Shown: positions 19,900 through 30,146 of the stretch, piece after piece
Layout of the letters: each line of letters begins with the position of its first letter
Numbering within the stretch: the stretch's first letter is position 1
Assembly (NCBI GenBank): GCA_035529595.1
Contig: DATKWK010000017.1
Coordinates: forward strand, 250,961-314,960
Length of the DNA stretch: 64,000 nucleotides
Direction of reading: 5' to 3'
DNA from: Candidatus Bathyarchaeia archaeon
GTDB taxonomy: Bacteria > Patescibacteriota > Microgenomatia > PFEM01 > JAFGMK01
Notes under the pieces: model-generated
Told to the model about the DNA's origin: nothing
Database searches by the model: none
Seen by the model: only the letters and a program-made list of their open reading frames with translations
Made by a program: the position numbers and the translations under genes

Positions 19900-20901
19900 A
19901 TGGTTCAAGATATCAAAAAACTGACAGCCGTTAGGATGGCAATGGAGCAAATTGAAAAGCAGTACGGTAAAGGAGCAATTATGAAACTGGGCGCTAAACC
20001 TGAAGTTAGAAAAGTAGATATTATCCCTACCGGCTCAATTGCCTTAGATGTTGCTTTAGGGATTGGCGGTTTACCCCGAGGCCGGGTGGCTGAGATTTAT
20101 GGTCCTGAAGCATCAGGAAAAACTACCCTGACTCTTCATGTAATTGCTGAAGCCCAAAAAAAAGGCGGGGTCGCTGCTTTTATTGATGTAGAACATGCCT
20201 TAGATCCAAGCCGGGCCGAAAGTATCGGGGTTAATTTAGATGAGCTCTTGGTCTCTCAGCCGGATACCGGTGAACAGGCTTTAGAGATAGTTGAAACTCT
20301 GGTTCGCTCCGGGGCGATCGATGTCGTCGTGATTGATTCGGTAGCCGCTCTGGTTCCGAGAGCGGAAATCGAAGGAGAGATGGGCGACGCCATGATCGGA
20401 GTTCAAGCCCGTCTTATGTCTCAAGCCTTGCGCAAACTAACTGCTTCGATTTCCAAATCCAAGACCGTTGTTATATTTACCAATCAGATTCGTCATAAAA
20501 TTGGAGTTATGTTTGGCAACCCGGAAACAACGCCTGGAGGCCTAGCGCTTAAATTTTACTCTTCAGTGATTATTGATCTTCGGAAAATCGAAAGTATCAA
20601 AGAGGGCGATATTGTTATTGGTTCGCGCCACCGGGCCCGGGTGAAAAAGAACAAACTCGCGCCTCCCTTTCGAGAGGCAGAATTCGACATTATGAATGTT
20701 GGCGGCATTTCTCGGGAAGGTGATCTGGTTGACCTTGGGCTTAATTATGATTTGTTAACCAAGTCAGGCGCCTTTTTCCGCTATGAAGATAAAGTCGTCG
20801 GTCAGGGTCGTGAAGCAACAAAACTTTTCCTAAAAGACAATCCTAAAATAGCGGGAAAATTGAAAGATGCAATCTGGAACAAAGTCAAAGAGAGTAAATA
20901 G
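19900..20901 (+). CDS. recA: Recombinase RecA
   Basis: [38 protein letters not shown]. Confidence 0.98.
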   Translation: MVQDIKKLTAVRMAMEQIEKQYGKGAIMKLGAKPEVRKVDIIPTGSIALDVALGIGGLPRGRVAEIYGPEASGKTTLTLHVIAEAQKKGGVAAFIDVEHALDPSRAESIGVNLDELLVSQPDTGEQALEIVETLVRSGAIDVVVIDSVAALVPRAEIEGEMGDAMIGVQARLMSQALRKLTASISKSKTVVIFTNQIRHKIGVMFGNPETTPGGLALKFYSSVIIDLRKIESIKEGDIVIGSRHRARVKKNKLAPPFREAEFDIMNVGGISREGDLVDLGLNYDLLTKSGAFFRYEDKVVGQGREATKLFLKDNPKIAGKLKDAIWNKVKESK

Positions 20902-20992
20902 TATTTATCGGCTGGATTAGAATTCTTTGCCGTTAATAAAGGTAGTTTTACTAGCCCTTAGTTCTTCAAATAGATTTCCAAGAAATTGACTT

Positions 20993-21667
20993 ATGATCAA
21001 GATTACTCAGATTAAACCTCAAAAAGGAAAATTCCGTTTCAATATTTACCTTGACGGTAAATTTGGTTTTGCTTTATCGGCTGAGGAAGCGGTTAAATCC
21101 CGTCTTAAAGTTGGCCAGGAACTTTCGGAAAATCAGGTTGCAGACTTGTTTTTTAAGGATAAACTCCAAAACCTCTACGATCAGGCGTTGAGGTTTCTCT
21201 CCTTTCGGCCTCGATCTGAAAAGGAAATCCGAGATTATTTGAAAAAGAAAGCTTTAAATATCGAGTTTCGGGCTTTGGGTTTTGCCACAGAGAGCAACAA
21301 GATAAAAGAGGAGCTGATTAAAAAAGTAGTGATCGATTTAGGAAAACAGGGTTTAGTTGATGATTATGCTTTTGCAGGTTGGTGGTGTCGGCAGCGAGCC
21401 CAATTTCGGCCGCGAGGGAAAAAGATGGTTTTGGCGGAACTGCGTCAGAAAGGAGTCGAAGAAAAACTAGCTCGTAAAGCAGTCGATGAATTATTAGATG
21501 AGTTTTTAATCGGACAAGAATTAGTGGTCAGGAAGTTTAAAAAAAGTCATTTGTTGAGAATAGCCAATCGTCGCGAGCGGCAGAAAATAGGGGTTTATTT
21601 GAGTCGGCATGGTTTCGGTTGGCAAACTATTAGGAAGGTGATTGATTCATTTTTAAAAAAGCGGTAA
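20993..21667 (+). CDS. recX: Regulatory protein RecX
   Basis: ALRFLSFRPRSEKE, DDYAFA, ELRQKGV, YLSRHGF; follows recA. Confidence 0.9.
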   Translation: MIKITQIKPQKGKFRFNIYLDGKFGFALSAEEAVKSRLKVGQELSENQVADLFFKDKLQNLYDQALRFLSFRPRSEKEIRDYLKKKALNIEFRALGFATESNKIKEELIKKVVIDLGKQGLVDDYAFAGWWCRQRAQFRPRGKKMVLAELRQKGVEEKLARKAVDELLDEFLIGQELVVRKFKKSHLLRIANRRERQKIGVYLSRHGFGWQTIRKVIDSFLKKR

Positions 21668-21670
21668 AAT
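21642..21670 (+). promoter_or_regulatory. sigma70 promoter upstream of the rny leader
   Basis: TTGATT-17-TAAAAT. Confidence 0.6.
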
Positions 21671-21847
21671 TAGGTAGTTTTAATATTAGGATTAATAATA
21701 GCACTGGGCAGATTCGTCCTAAAAATAAGAAGACACTTAATCATGATTACCTCAAAAATAGCCAAGATCAGCGGTTACTCTTTTTAAGCAATCTTTAAGC
21801 GTTAGTCTTCTTTTTTTGGCCGGGAAACTGCCTAATAAGGAGGGTTT

Positions 21848-23365
21848 ATGGCTTCAATTTTTGCCAGGCTTAAGCAGGTTTTAACTGGAGAATTTAGTTC
21901 GAAAGAACCGGTTAAAGAGGAACCGATTCCTGAGCCCGTAAAGGCTAAACTCAGGAAGGTTAAAGTTACCGTTCCCAAAGTTCAAATAGAAGAGCTTATC
22001 GATCAGGCTAAGAAAGAGGCGGCGCGAATTAAGTCTGAGGCTGAAACAAGTGCAGCTAAAATGGGGCAAGAAGCAGAAGAATTAAGAAAGCAGGTTATAC
22101 TTCAGGAAGCGGAAATGGGACGCAAGCGGGGTATTTTAGAAGAGAGAGAGAGAATTATTGAGGAACGCCGAAAGGAAGTCGAAAGAAGACTGGAAGAGAT
22201 CGAAAAGCTCAAGAGAGAACAGGTGGCTAGGTTTGAGAAGATCGCCGGCCTGACTCGGGAAGAGGCCAAGAAAATCATTGTCGATAAGACAGAAAAGAAG
22301 TTAGCGGAGGAGATTTCAGTTCGGGTTCAAGAGGCAGAAGAAGAAATTAAGGCACGATCTGAAGAAAAAGCAAAAGAGGTTTTAGTTGAGGCGATGCAGC
22401 GAGGTGCGACTGACTGGGTAGTAGAGTATACGGTCTCTACCCTAAGACTGGCTGATGAGGAGATAAAAGGAAGAATAATTGGCCGTGAAGGTCGGAATAT
22501 TCGTGCTTTCGAACAGGCTACCGGTGTTGAGATTGAGCTGGATGAAACTAGCGATGTCTATATTTCTTCTTTTAATCCGATTAGGCGCGAAATTGCCCGT
22601 CGGGCCTTAGAAATACTGGTTAAAGATCGACGCATTCGCCCCTCCAGAATCGAAGAGGTAGTGACACGGACCAAGGGGGAGGTGGAACATCTTCTTATAG
22701 AACAAGGTAAAGAACTTTGTCGTCGGGCCGGTGTTTACCGGCTCCATCCTGATTTAATGAAGCTTTTAGGAAGGTATAAATTCAGGTTTTCTTTTGGACA
22801 GAATTTACTAGTCCATACCCTCGAAGTAACTAAAATTGGAGTTGCTCTCGCTAATGAACTCAAGGCTAATGTTAATGTTATCCGTTTGGCTTGTCTCCTC
22901 CATGATATTGGTAAAGTCGTTACTGAGGAAGAGGGAACCCATGTTAATTTGGGGGTTGATTTAGCTAAACGATATCATTTACCACCGGAAGTGATCTCTT
23001 GCATCGAAGAACATCATGAAGATAAGCCATTTTCTTCGGCTGAATCGCGGATCGTATGGGTTGCTGATGCCGTTTCTGGAGCCCGGCCCGGTGCGCGTTA
23101 CGAGCCCCACGAGGAGTATCTTAAAAGGATGACTGAAATCGAGGAAACCGCCTCTAATATAGAAGGGGTAGAAGCAGCCTATGCTTATCAAGCAGGCCGT
23201 GAGGTGCGAGTCCTGGTTAAGCCCGAGGCGGTTTCCGATAAAGAGCTGCCTCTGTTGGCTCATAGAATTAGTCAAGAATTAGAAAAGAAAGTCGCTTACG
23301 TGGGTCAAATTAAAGTAACTTGCATCCGTGAGTCGCGGACCACTGAAACCACGAAGGCAAAATAA
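21848..23365 (+). CDS. rny: Ribonuclease Y
   Basis: Coiled coil; KH domain KGRIIGREGRNIR; HD domain LLHDIGK; ADAVSGARPGAR; QAGREVRV. Confidence 0.96.
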   Translation: MASIFARLKQVLTGEFSSKEPVKEEPIPEPVKAKLRKVKVTVPKVQIEELIDQAKKEAARIKSEAETSAAKMGQEAEELRKQVILQEAEMGRKRGILEERERIIEERRKEVERRLEEIEKLKREQVARFEKIAGLTREEAKKIIVDKTEKKLAEEISVRVQEAEEEIKARSEEKAKEVLVEAMQRGATDWVVEYTVSTLRLADEEIKGRIIGREGRNIRAFEQATGVEIELDETSDVYISSFNPIRREIARRALEILVKDRRIRPSRIEEVVTRTKGEVEHLLIEQGKELCRRAGVYRLHPDLMKLLGRYKFRFSFGQNLLVHTLEVTKIGVALANELKANVNVIRLACLLHDIGKVVTEEEGTHVNLGVDLAKRYHLPPEVISCIEEHHEDKPFSSAESRIVWVADAVSGARPGARYEPHEEYLKRMTEIEETASNIEGVEAAYAYQAGREVRVLVKPEAVSDKELPLLAHRISQELEKKVAYVGQIKVTCIRESRTTETTKAK

Positions 23366-23391
23366 ATGTTATTAATTTTTGCCTATTTATC

Positions 23392-23420
23392 TTGACAAAT
23401 TAGTTATTCAGTGTTAGTTT
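23392..23420 (+). promoter_or_regulatory. sigma70 promoter of hup
   Basis: TTGACA-17-TAGTTT with extended TG. Confidence 0.6.
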
Positions 23421-23471
23421 AAAAGGAAAAGCGACTATTTATCAATCACCCTGCCCGGAAAGGATGGTCCC

Positions 23472-23744
23472 ATGATTAAGAGGGAGCTAGTTGATATAAT
23501 AGCCAAGAAATCTCATTTAACCAAGAAGGGATCTCAGGAAGCAGTTGATGCCTTCTTGAATGAAGTTATCAAGGCGCTGAAAAAGGGAGAAAAAGTGCTT
23601 CTTTCCGGTTTTGGAACCTTCAAAGTTGTTAGTGTGAAGGATAAATCCGTATTGGTGCCAGGAACCGGCGAGAAAAAAGTCGTTAAAGCCCACCGGGCGC
23701 CGCGTTTTGTCGCCGGAAAACCCCTTAAACAGGCGGTTCGGTAA
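23472..23744 (+). CDS. hup: HU DNA-binding protein
   Basis: GFGTF, PGTGE, PRFVAGKPLK. Confidence 0.93.
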   Translation: MIKRELVDIIAKKSHLTKKGSQEAVDAFLNEVIKALKKGEKVLLSGFGTFKVVSVKDKSVLVPGTGEKKVVKAHRAPRFVAGKPLKQAVR

Positions 23745-23827
23745 AGCTTAATGTTACTTCTTTATCCGATCAATTAGATTTCGTCGTTGGTCTCGCTCGG
23801 CTTTTCCCCTTGGTTTATAATCAATTT

Positions 23828-24625
23828 ATGAAAAAGTATTGGGCTTTTTGTCGAGTCAGTGTTCAGAACGCTTTTGTCTATCGTGGACCGATGTTAATTT
23901 GGTTGGTTAGTAACCTTCTTTCCTTGGTAACGATTATTGCGGTTTGGTTTTCTATCTCCGGAAATGAAATTCTTGGCGGTTATACCAAGCCGGAGCTGAT
24001 TACTTATTATGTTGTTGCTCTTTTCTTGGACTGGTTAACGTTGTGGCTGCCCTTTTATGAAATCACAGATCAAATTCAGAACGGAGAAATTATCTTGACG
24101 GTTTTAGCCAAGCCAATTTCTCTTTATTGGCAGAAGTTTAGCCAGGAATTAGGCTGGCATTTAGTCTCGTTGCTGGTTGGCCTGATTTCCACCTCGATAG
24201 TTGCCGTTTTTCTTCGGCAATATCTTTTTTTTCAGTTCTCGCCCGTTAATTTATTTTTGGTTTTATTAACCATAATTCTGGCCATTTTCATTATCTATAC
24301 CTTAAGCCTTAGTCTTGGATTGTTATCTTTTTGGTTTACCGAGGTTTATGCGATTGACAGTTTGTTCTGGGCTGCTAGGACGATTCTTTCCGGCCGGGTG
24401 ATTCCCTTAAGCTTTATTCCTGCCGGTTTAGGCCAGACAGTTGTCAAAATTTTACCTTTTCGGTACATGTTCTCTTTTCCTTTGGAGATCTACTTCAATA
24501 AATTATCGGTTTTTGAAATTTTTCAGGGATTAGTAATTCAATTATTCTGGTTAGGAATTTTACTTTTTATTTATAAAATAACTTGGTCCCGCGGCCGGCG
24601 GGCTTATACCAGTTTCGGACAATAA
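23828..24625 (+). CDS. ABC-2 family permease (DUF990-like), type A copy 1
   Basis: 6 TM; YR, GGY....ITYY, G..IPL, LPF; ends YTSFGQ. Confidence 0.85.
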   Translation: MKKYWAFCRVSVQNAFVYRGPMLIWLVSNLLSLVTIIAVWFSISGNEILGGYTKPELITYYVVALFLDWLTLWLPFYEITDQIQNGEIILTVLAKPISLYWQKFSQELGWHLVSLLVGLISTSIVAVFLRQYLFFQFSPVNLFLVLLTIILAIFIIYTLSLSLGLLSFWFTEVYAIDSLFWAARTILSGRVIPLSFIPAGLGQTVVKILPFRYMFSFPLEIYFNKLSVFEIFQGLVIQLFWLGILLFIYKITWSRGRRAYTSFGQ

Positions 24626-24627
24626 AG

Positions 24628-25416
24628 ATGAAGCGCTATTTTTCGCTGTATTTTCATTTTTTTACCAACTGCCTGATGAGAGATCTGGAGTTTCGATTTA
24701 ATGTTTTAACTTGGGCATTAATGAATTTCTTATGGTTTGGTTTGATATTTTACTCAATCGAGCTGATCTTTGGCCAAGTTGAAAAGATTGTCGGTTGGAC
24801 TAAAGGGGAGGTTCTGCTTCTGGTATGTGTTCAGGCTTTGTTTTTCGATTTTTTTAATACCTTTGTGATGGCAAATTTGAGGCGGTTTTCCCGGCTTGTT
24901 CGCCAGGGCGAACTAGATTTTGCCCTATTGAAGCCGATCAACTCCCGGTTTCTGGTTTCGGCTCGCTATTTTGAATTTGATCATTATCCGAGAATGGTTT
25001 TTCTAATGTTCCTGATAGCCAGGTATTTGGCCGATTTTCAGATTCGGCTTTCTTTGATAAATTGGTTTAATTTTTTTCTGCTTTTTTTCTCGGGAATTTT
25101 TATTTTCTATAATCTGTTTTTTATTTTTGCCACCACTAATATTTGGTTTATCAGGATTTTTAATCTAAGCGATTTGTTTACCGAGACGATCGAGGTTGGT
25201 CGGTTTCCTGTCTATATTTTTAAAACCGGAGCCAGATTCTTTTTTACCTACATTATTCCGGCTGCCTTTGTGGCCACTTTTCCGGTTGAGGTACTCTTGA
25301 AAAGAGCCGGCTTTGAGAAACTGCCGGTTGCTTTGGTGATTTGCTTGGTGATGTTTATCGTTTCCCAAAAGTTTTGGCAGTTTGCTCTTAAGCATTATCA
25401 ATCAGCCAGTTCCTAA
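24628..25416 (+). CDS. ABC-2 family permease, type B copy 1
   Basis: GW, GELDFALLKP, RFP; ends YQSASS. Confidence 0.85.
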   Translation: MKRYFSLYFHFFTNCLMRDLEFRFNVLTWALMNFLWFGLIFYSIELIFGQVEKIVGWTKGEVLLLVCVQALFFDFFNTFVMANLRRFSRLVRQGELDFALLKPINSRFLVSARYFEFDHYPRMVFLMFLIARYLADFQIRLSLINWFNFFLLFFSGIFIFYNLFFIFATTNIWFIRIFNLSDLFTETIEVGRFPVYIFKTGARFFFTYIIPAAFVATFPVEVLLKRAGFEKLPVALVICLVMFIVSQKFWQFALKHYQSASS

Positions 25417-25422
25417 AAACCG

Positions 25423-26214
25423 ATGAAAAAATATTGGGCGATTTTCAAAATCTCTTGGCAAAGGAGTCTTGAGTATCGGGCTGAATTTTTAGCCCACATG
25501 ATGCGGAACGTGGTTTATTTAGTGGTTTTGATTTTTATTTGGGGGGCAGTTTTTAATCAAGTCGAAAGCTTTGGTGGCTACACCCTTCCTTCAATGGTCA
25601 CTTATTTAGTGATGGTCAGAGTGATTCATTTTGCCAATCGGGGCAATACCGGCCGAGCGATTGGGGAAGAAATTAAAAACGGCCAGCTTTCCCGCTATCT
25701 GGTCAAGCCGGTCAGTTATCTCAAATATTGGTTTTCTTTGTTTGGAGCTGACCGACTCTTTGATGGCTTAATGAGGTTGTTTTTTTTAGTCATTGCCTTA
25801 ATTGTTGTTCCTTATGTCTTTGAAATCACTTCAGTCAAAACTGTTTTGCTGTTTCTTTTATTCTTACCTTTTTCTTTAGCCCTTAACTTTCTAGTCAATA
25901 TTTTTATGGCCAGCTTCTCTTTTTGGGTGACGGATATCCGCTTGTTTGAAACCGTGGTTAGTTTAACTATTGGTTTTTTTGCCGGCGAGTTAATGCCCTT
26001 GGATATTTTGCCTGGCTTTTTGAAACAAGCGGCTCTTTTTTTGCCTTTTCAGTACGTCCTTTACTTTCCGGTTAAGATTTACCAGGGGACTTTGTCGAAT
26101 TGGGAAATGACCAGGGGATTTTTGTTAGTCTTTTTCTGGTTACTTTTAGGTTATTGGGTTCTAAAACGCTTTTGGCAGAAAGGATTAAAAAGATATGAAG
26201 CGGTGGGTCAATAG
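25423..26214 (+). CDS. ABC-2 family permease, type A copy 2
   Basis: LEYR, IKNGQLS.YLVKP, LPFQY; ends YEAVGQ. Confidence 0.85.
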   Translation: MKKYWAIFKISWQRSLEYRAEFLAHMMRNVVYLVVLIFIWGAVFNQVESFGGYTLPSMVTYLVMVRVIHFANRGNTGRAIGEEIKNGQLSRYLVKPVSYLKYWFSLFGADRLFDGLMRLFFLVIALIVVPYVFEITSVKTVLLFLLFLPFSLALNFLVNIFMASFSFWVTDIRLFETVVSLTIGFFAGELMPLDILPGFLKQAALFLPFQYVLYFPVKIYQGTLSNWEMTRGFLLVFFWLLLGYWVLKRFWQKGLKRYEAVGQ

Positions 26215-27004
26215 ACTGAAGCGCTATTTTCGGATTTACCATCTCTTTGTTAAGTTTAGCTTGATTGACCTCTTCATTTTTAGAATTAATGCCATGGTTA
26301 TGGGGTTGGCACCGATTATCTGGCTGGCGACGATGATCGTTTTTTTGCTGACTATCTTTTCTCGGGTCAATAATTTGGGCGGCTGGACTTTTTGGGAAAT
26401 TGTTTTTTTAACCGGTGTTCAGGAGGTTGTTTTTCTTTTGTCTTGGTCAACCTTTATTCAAAACCTAAGAACTTTTGTCGACGATATTCGTTGGGGTCGG
26501 TTTGATTATCAACTTTTGAAACCGTTGAGCCCCCGTTTTACCGCCTCTTTTAAGTTAATTGATTTTACTAGTTGGGGCAGTTTGGCTAATTCTCTTTTTG
26601 TTTTTGTTTTTGCCTTTTTAAAAATTACTAATCGGATTGTCTTTCCGAGACTTCTGGCTTTTTTTGCCTTTTTGCTAATTGGTTACTGGATCGCCTATTT
26701 TCTCTATTTTATTTTTGCCTCTTTGGCTCTGTTTTTTATTGATTCTCGAGCTTTTATGGACCTGGTTTTTGATACTACTGATTTTAGTCGTTATCCAGCC
26801 GAGATTTACGCTCCCTCGGTTCGGATTTTTCTGACTTTCTTTTTGCCGATCTTGTTTTTTGCTTATTTTCCGACGGCTTTTCTTTTGGGGAAAATTAGTT
26901 GGTTTTACCTGTTTTTGGGAGCGGCGATTCTTTTAATTCTATATTTTGTTTCTGATTTGGTTTGGCAGAGGGGTTTGAGGCACTACCAATCAGCCAGTTC
27001 TTAA
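26195..27004 (+). CDS. ABC-2 family permease, type B copy 2
   Basis: GGW, GRFDYQLLKP, RYP; ends YQSASS. Confidence 0.85.
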   Translation: MKRWVNRLKRYFRIYHLFVKFSLIDLFIFRINAMVMGLAPIIWLATMIVFLLTIFSRVNNLGGWTFWEIVFLTGVQEVVFLLSWSTFIQNLRTFVDDIRWGRFDYQLLKPLSPRFTASFKLIDFTSWGSLANSLFVFVFAFLKITNRIVFPRLLAFFAFLLIGYWIAYFLYFIFASLALFFIDSRAFMDLVFDTTDFSRYPAEIYAPSVRIFLTFFLPILFFAYFPTAFLLGKISWFYLFLGAAILLILYFVSDLVWQRGLRHYQSASS

Positions 27005-27028
27005 ACTATAATCACTAGGGGAGATGAA

Positions 27029-28012
27029 ATGTCGATCATTCAAGTAAAAAATCTTAGGAAATACTACAAGGTCCATCAAAAAGAACCCGGTCTTCTGGGG
27101 TCTCTTAAATCTTTATTCAAGAGGAAGTACAAAACTGTTAAAGCGGTTGATAATGTCTCCTTTTCTATTGACGAAGGGGAATTGGTCGGCTTCATCGGTC
27201 CCAACGGCGCCGGCAAAACCACGACTTTAAAGTGCCTCTCCGGATTGCTTTATCCGGACGGTGGTAAGGTTGATGTTCTGGGATTTAACCCCTGGGATCG
27301 AAAGCCTGAGTTCCAAAAGCAATTCTCGTTGGTTATGGGCCAGAAAAATCAGCTTTGGTGGGACTTGCCGCCGATTGAAACTTTCATCCTAAATCGGGAA
27401 ATTTATGAGGTACCCAAGAAAAAATACGACGAAGTTCTTTCCGAATTAACCAAACTCCTGGAAGTTGAAGAGGTTTTGCGGGTTCAGACCCGTAAACTTT
27501 CCCTCGGTCAACGGATGAAATGCGAACTGATTGCCGCTCTGATCCATTCGCCTAAAGTCTTATTTTTGGATGAGCCGACCATTGGTCTGGATGTGGTGAT
27601 GCAAAAAAAGATGCGCGATTTTATCAAGGAATATAACCAGCGGTATAAATCGACTATCATTCTAACTTCTCATTACATGGGCGATGTTAAAGAGCTTTGT
27701 GAAAGAGTGGTTATTATCGATAAAGGAAAATTAGTTTTTGACGGTAAATTGGCAGAAATAATCCAAAAATATGCTGATCATAAGGTTCTTTCGGTCGTTT
27801 TCGCCAAAGAAATCGACCCAAAAAAATTATCAGAGATCGGCGAAATAAAACAATATCAGTTTCCCAAAGCGATTCTTTCAGTGGAAAGAGCGACGGCACC
27901 CATGGCGGCCGCCGAACTGCTGCGCCAGTTTCCGGTCGCCGACCTGACGCTAGAAGAAGAAAAGATTGAAGATATCATCCGGGAACTGTTTACCGGCAAG
28001 GATTATGCCTAG
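27029..28012 (+). CDS. ABC transporter ATP-binding protein
   Basis: GPNGAGKTT, LSLGQRM, LFLDEPTIGLD, TSH. Confidence 0.95.
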   Translation: MSIIQVKNLRKYYKVHQKEPGLLGSLKSLFKRKYKTVKAVDNVSFSIDEGELVGFIGPNGAGKTTTLKCLSGLLYPDGGKVDVLGFNPWDRKPEFQKQFSLVMGQKNQLWWDLPPIETFILNREIYEVPKKKYDEVLSELTKLLEVEEVLRVQTRKLSLGQRMKCELIAALIHSPKVLFLDEPTIGLDVVMQKKMRDFIKEYNQRYKSTIILTSHYMGDVKELCERVVIIDKGKLVFDGKLAEIIQKYADHKVLSVVFAKEIDPKKLSEIGEIKQYQFPKAILSVERATAPMAAAELLRQFPVADLTLEEEKIEDIIRELFTGKDYA

Positions 28013-28026
28013 TAATTTAGAATAGA

Positions 28027-28827
28027 GTGATGAGAAAATACTTCTTTTTTGGCAAAACCGTTTTTCAGGAATATCTCACCTATCGCCTGAGTTTTGTCCT
28101 TTGGCGATTTAGAAACCTGATTAGCTTTTTAGCCTTGATATTCTTATGGTTGGCACTTTACGCCGGCCGGACGGAACTTTTAGGCTACCGGAAAGAACAG
28201 ATATTAACTTATGTCATTGGGGTTGCCTTTTTAAGGGGTGTTGTTTTGGCTTCCCGGACAGCCGATTTGGCCGGCCGGATAAATTCCGGAGAACTGGTAA
28301 AAGATCTGCTTAAACCAATCGGAATTATGAAGATTTACTTTACGCGTGATTTAGTGGATAAATTGCTTAACCTGACTTTTTCCTTTTTCGAAATTGCGCT
28401 TGTCCTCCGGTTTTTTAAATTTTCTCTCTATCTGCCCAAAAGTCAGCTTACTTTTGTTGCTTTTTTAGTTGCATCGTTTATCTCGATTATTCTTTATTTT
28501 CTGATCAGTTTCTGGTTGTCGCTGCTTTCCTTTTGGGTTGACCAGCCGTGGGCGCCGCGCTGGCTGTTTGGGATTATTTTTCTGGAGTTTTTCTCAGGCG
28601 GTATTTTCCCTCTTGATGTCTTGCCGGCTGTTTATGTAAAAATCGCCTCCCTGACCCCTTTTCCTTATCTGATTTTCTTTCCGCTTAAAATCTGGCTTGG
28701 CCAGATTGATCCGAGGCAACAGCTTAAATTAATCATGATCTCTCTATTTTGGGTGATTTCTTTCTGGGTTATCCTTAAAAAAACCTGGATTAAAGGGATA
28801 AAAACCTATACTGCTTATGGTGGATGA
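28027..28827 (+). CDS. ABC-2 family permease, type A copy 3
   Basis: LTYR, INSGEL...LLKP, SGGIFPL; ends YTAYGG. Confidence 0.85.
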   Translation: MMRKYFFFGKTVFQEYLTYRLSFVLWRFRNLISFLALIFLWLALYAGRTELLGYRKEQILTYVIGVAFLRGVVLASRTADLAGRINSGELVKDLLKPIGIMKIYFTRDLVDKLLNLTFSFFEIALVLRFFKFSLYLPKSQLTFVAFLVASFISIILYFLISFWLSLLSFWVDQPWAPRWLFGIIFLEFFSGGIFPLDVLPAVYVKIASLTPFPYLIFFPLKIWLGQIDPRQQLKLIMISLFWVISFWVILKKTWIKGIKTYTAYGG

Positions 28828-28851
28828 TTTACTGTTTGGGCGCTTTTTTAA

Positions 28852-29646
28852 ATGAAAAACGCTAAAAAATTTTTAAAAGTTTGGTTATTGATGGCTAAAA
28901 TGTCGGCCCAGGATCAATTAACCAGTAACTGGGGTGGATTTATTTTTTTGATCGGTAAAATTGTCCGTTTTTTCTTCTTTTCCCTTTTTCTTTTCTCCGT
29001 TCTCGCTGCTTCCGAGACGCTTGCCGGTTATACCCGTGAGCAAGTAATCCTATTTTTTTTAGTTTTTAATCTGGTTGATATTACCTGCCAATTTCTTTTT
29101 CGCGGGGTTTATGTTTTCCGCTGGCGGATCGTCAGCGGTGATTTTGATTTAGATTTAGTAAAACCGCTGCCGTCTTTTTTCAGGCCTCTTTTTGCCTGGA
29201 CGGACTTTTTCGATTTTGTGACCCTCTTTCCCCTTATCGGATTTACAGTCTGGTATCTGATTGCCTACCAGTTAACCTTTTCCTGGTTAGACCTGTTGCT
29301 GTTTTCCCTTCTTTTTTTTAATTCTCTGATTGTCGGTTTTGCAGTTCACCTATTTGTCAGTTCAATCGGTGTCATTACTACCGAAGTTGATCATTTGGTT
29401 TGGATTTGGCGGGACCTTTTTAATTTAGCCCGCTTTCCGACTGACATTTATTCACCCGGCTTGAGGCTGCTGCTGACTCTAATATTTCCAGTCGTGATTG
29501 TCGTAACCGTACCGGCTAAAGCTTTAATGGGCTTGTCAAGCTGGCCAATCATATTTGGATCATGCGGATTCGGTTTTTTAATCTTAGTTTTATCGCTTAA
29601 GTTTTGGCGCTATGCGCTGAAGCGTTATAGCAGCGCTTCAAGTTAG
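28852..29646 (+). CDS. ABC-2 family permease, type B copy 3
   Basis: GDFDLDLVKP, RFPTDIY; ends YSSASS. Confidence 0.85.
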   Translation: MKNAKKFLKVWLLMAKMSAQDQLTSNWGGFIFLIGKIVRFFFFSLFLFSVLAASETLAGYTREQVILFFLVFNLVDITCQFLFRGVYVFRWRIVSGDFDLDLVKPLPSFFRPLFAWTDFFDFVTLFPLIGFTVWYLIAYQLTFSWLDLLLFSLLFFNSLIVGFAVHLFVSSIGVITTEVDHLVWIWRDLFNLARFPTDIYSPGLRLLLTLIFPVVIVVTVPAKALMGLSSWPIIFGSCGFGFLILVLSLKFWRYALKRYSSASS

Positions 29647-29670
29647 AAAAATAAACAAAAGGAGGTTTCT

Positions 29671-30105
29671 ATGGCTACCGAAAAAATTATCGGTTATTTT
29701 TTACTGCTGGTGGGAATTGTTACTATCGTTGCCGGCACGTTTTCCCTCTATCAAGTTTTTACCGGAGACAGAAAAGCTCCCCGTCTTTTTCATGTTAAGA
29801 TGCCGGCTATTAGTCTACCCGGCCAGCAAAGCCTTCAGCTTGAATTACCTGAAGGTATGAGTTTGCCGGATGGCCTGTCCCTACCGAAAAATATCGCTTC
29901 GCCCCAACAGGACAGTTCGGAGATGAAGTTGCTGCCGGATGAACTGGTTAATGATTTAACCAATATGAGTCTTTATTTTCTACTGATGGGATTTGTGGTT
30001 TCCTCTGGAGCCAAAGTTGCCTCTATCAGTGTTAAACTGATTAAGGATATTAAAGTTGAAGTTAAAGAAGAAAAGCTAAAGCCGGTTACGGAAAAACTTT
30101 CCTGA
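29671..30105 (+). CDS. Two-TM hypothetical membrane protein
   Basis: AGGAGG RBS; two hydrophobic segments around a Pro-rich loop. Confidence 0.75.
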   Translation: MATEKIIGYFLLLVGIVTIVAGTFSLYQVFTGDRKAPRLFHVKMPAISLPGQQSLQLELPEGMSLPDGLSLPKNIASPQQDSSEMKLLPDELVNDLTNMSLYFLLMGFVVSSGAKVASISVKLIKDIKVEVKEEKLKPVTEKLS

Positions 30106-30146
30106 ATTTAATTTGGAAATAATTACCGGGCAAAGTTTTTAATTAG

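Noticed and set aside
19900-20901. Intein or intron in recA
   Set aside because: Normal length and continuous motifs
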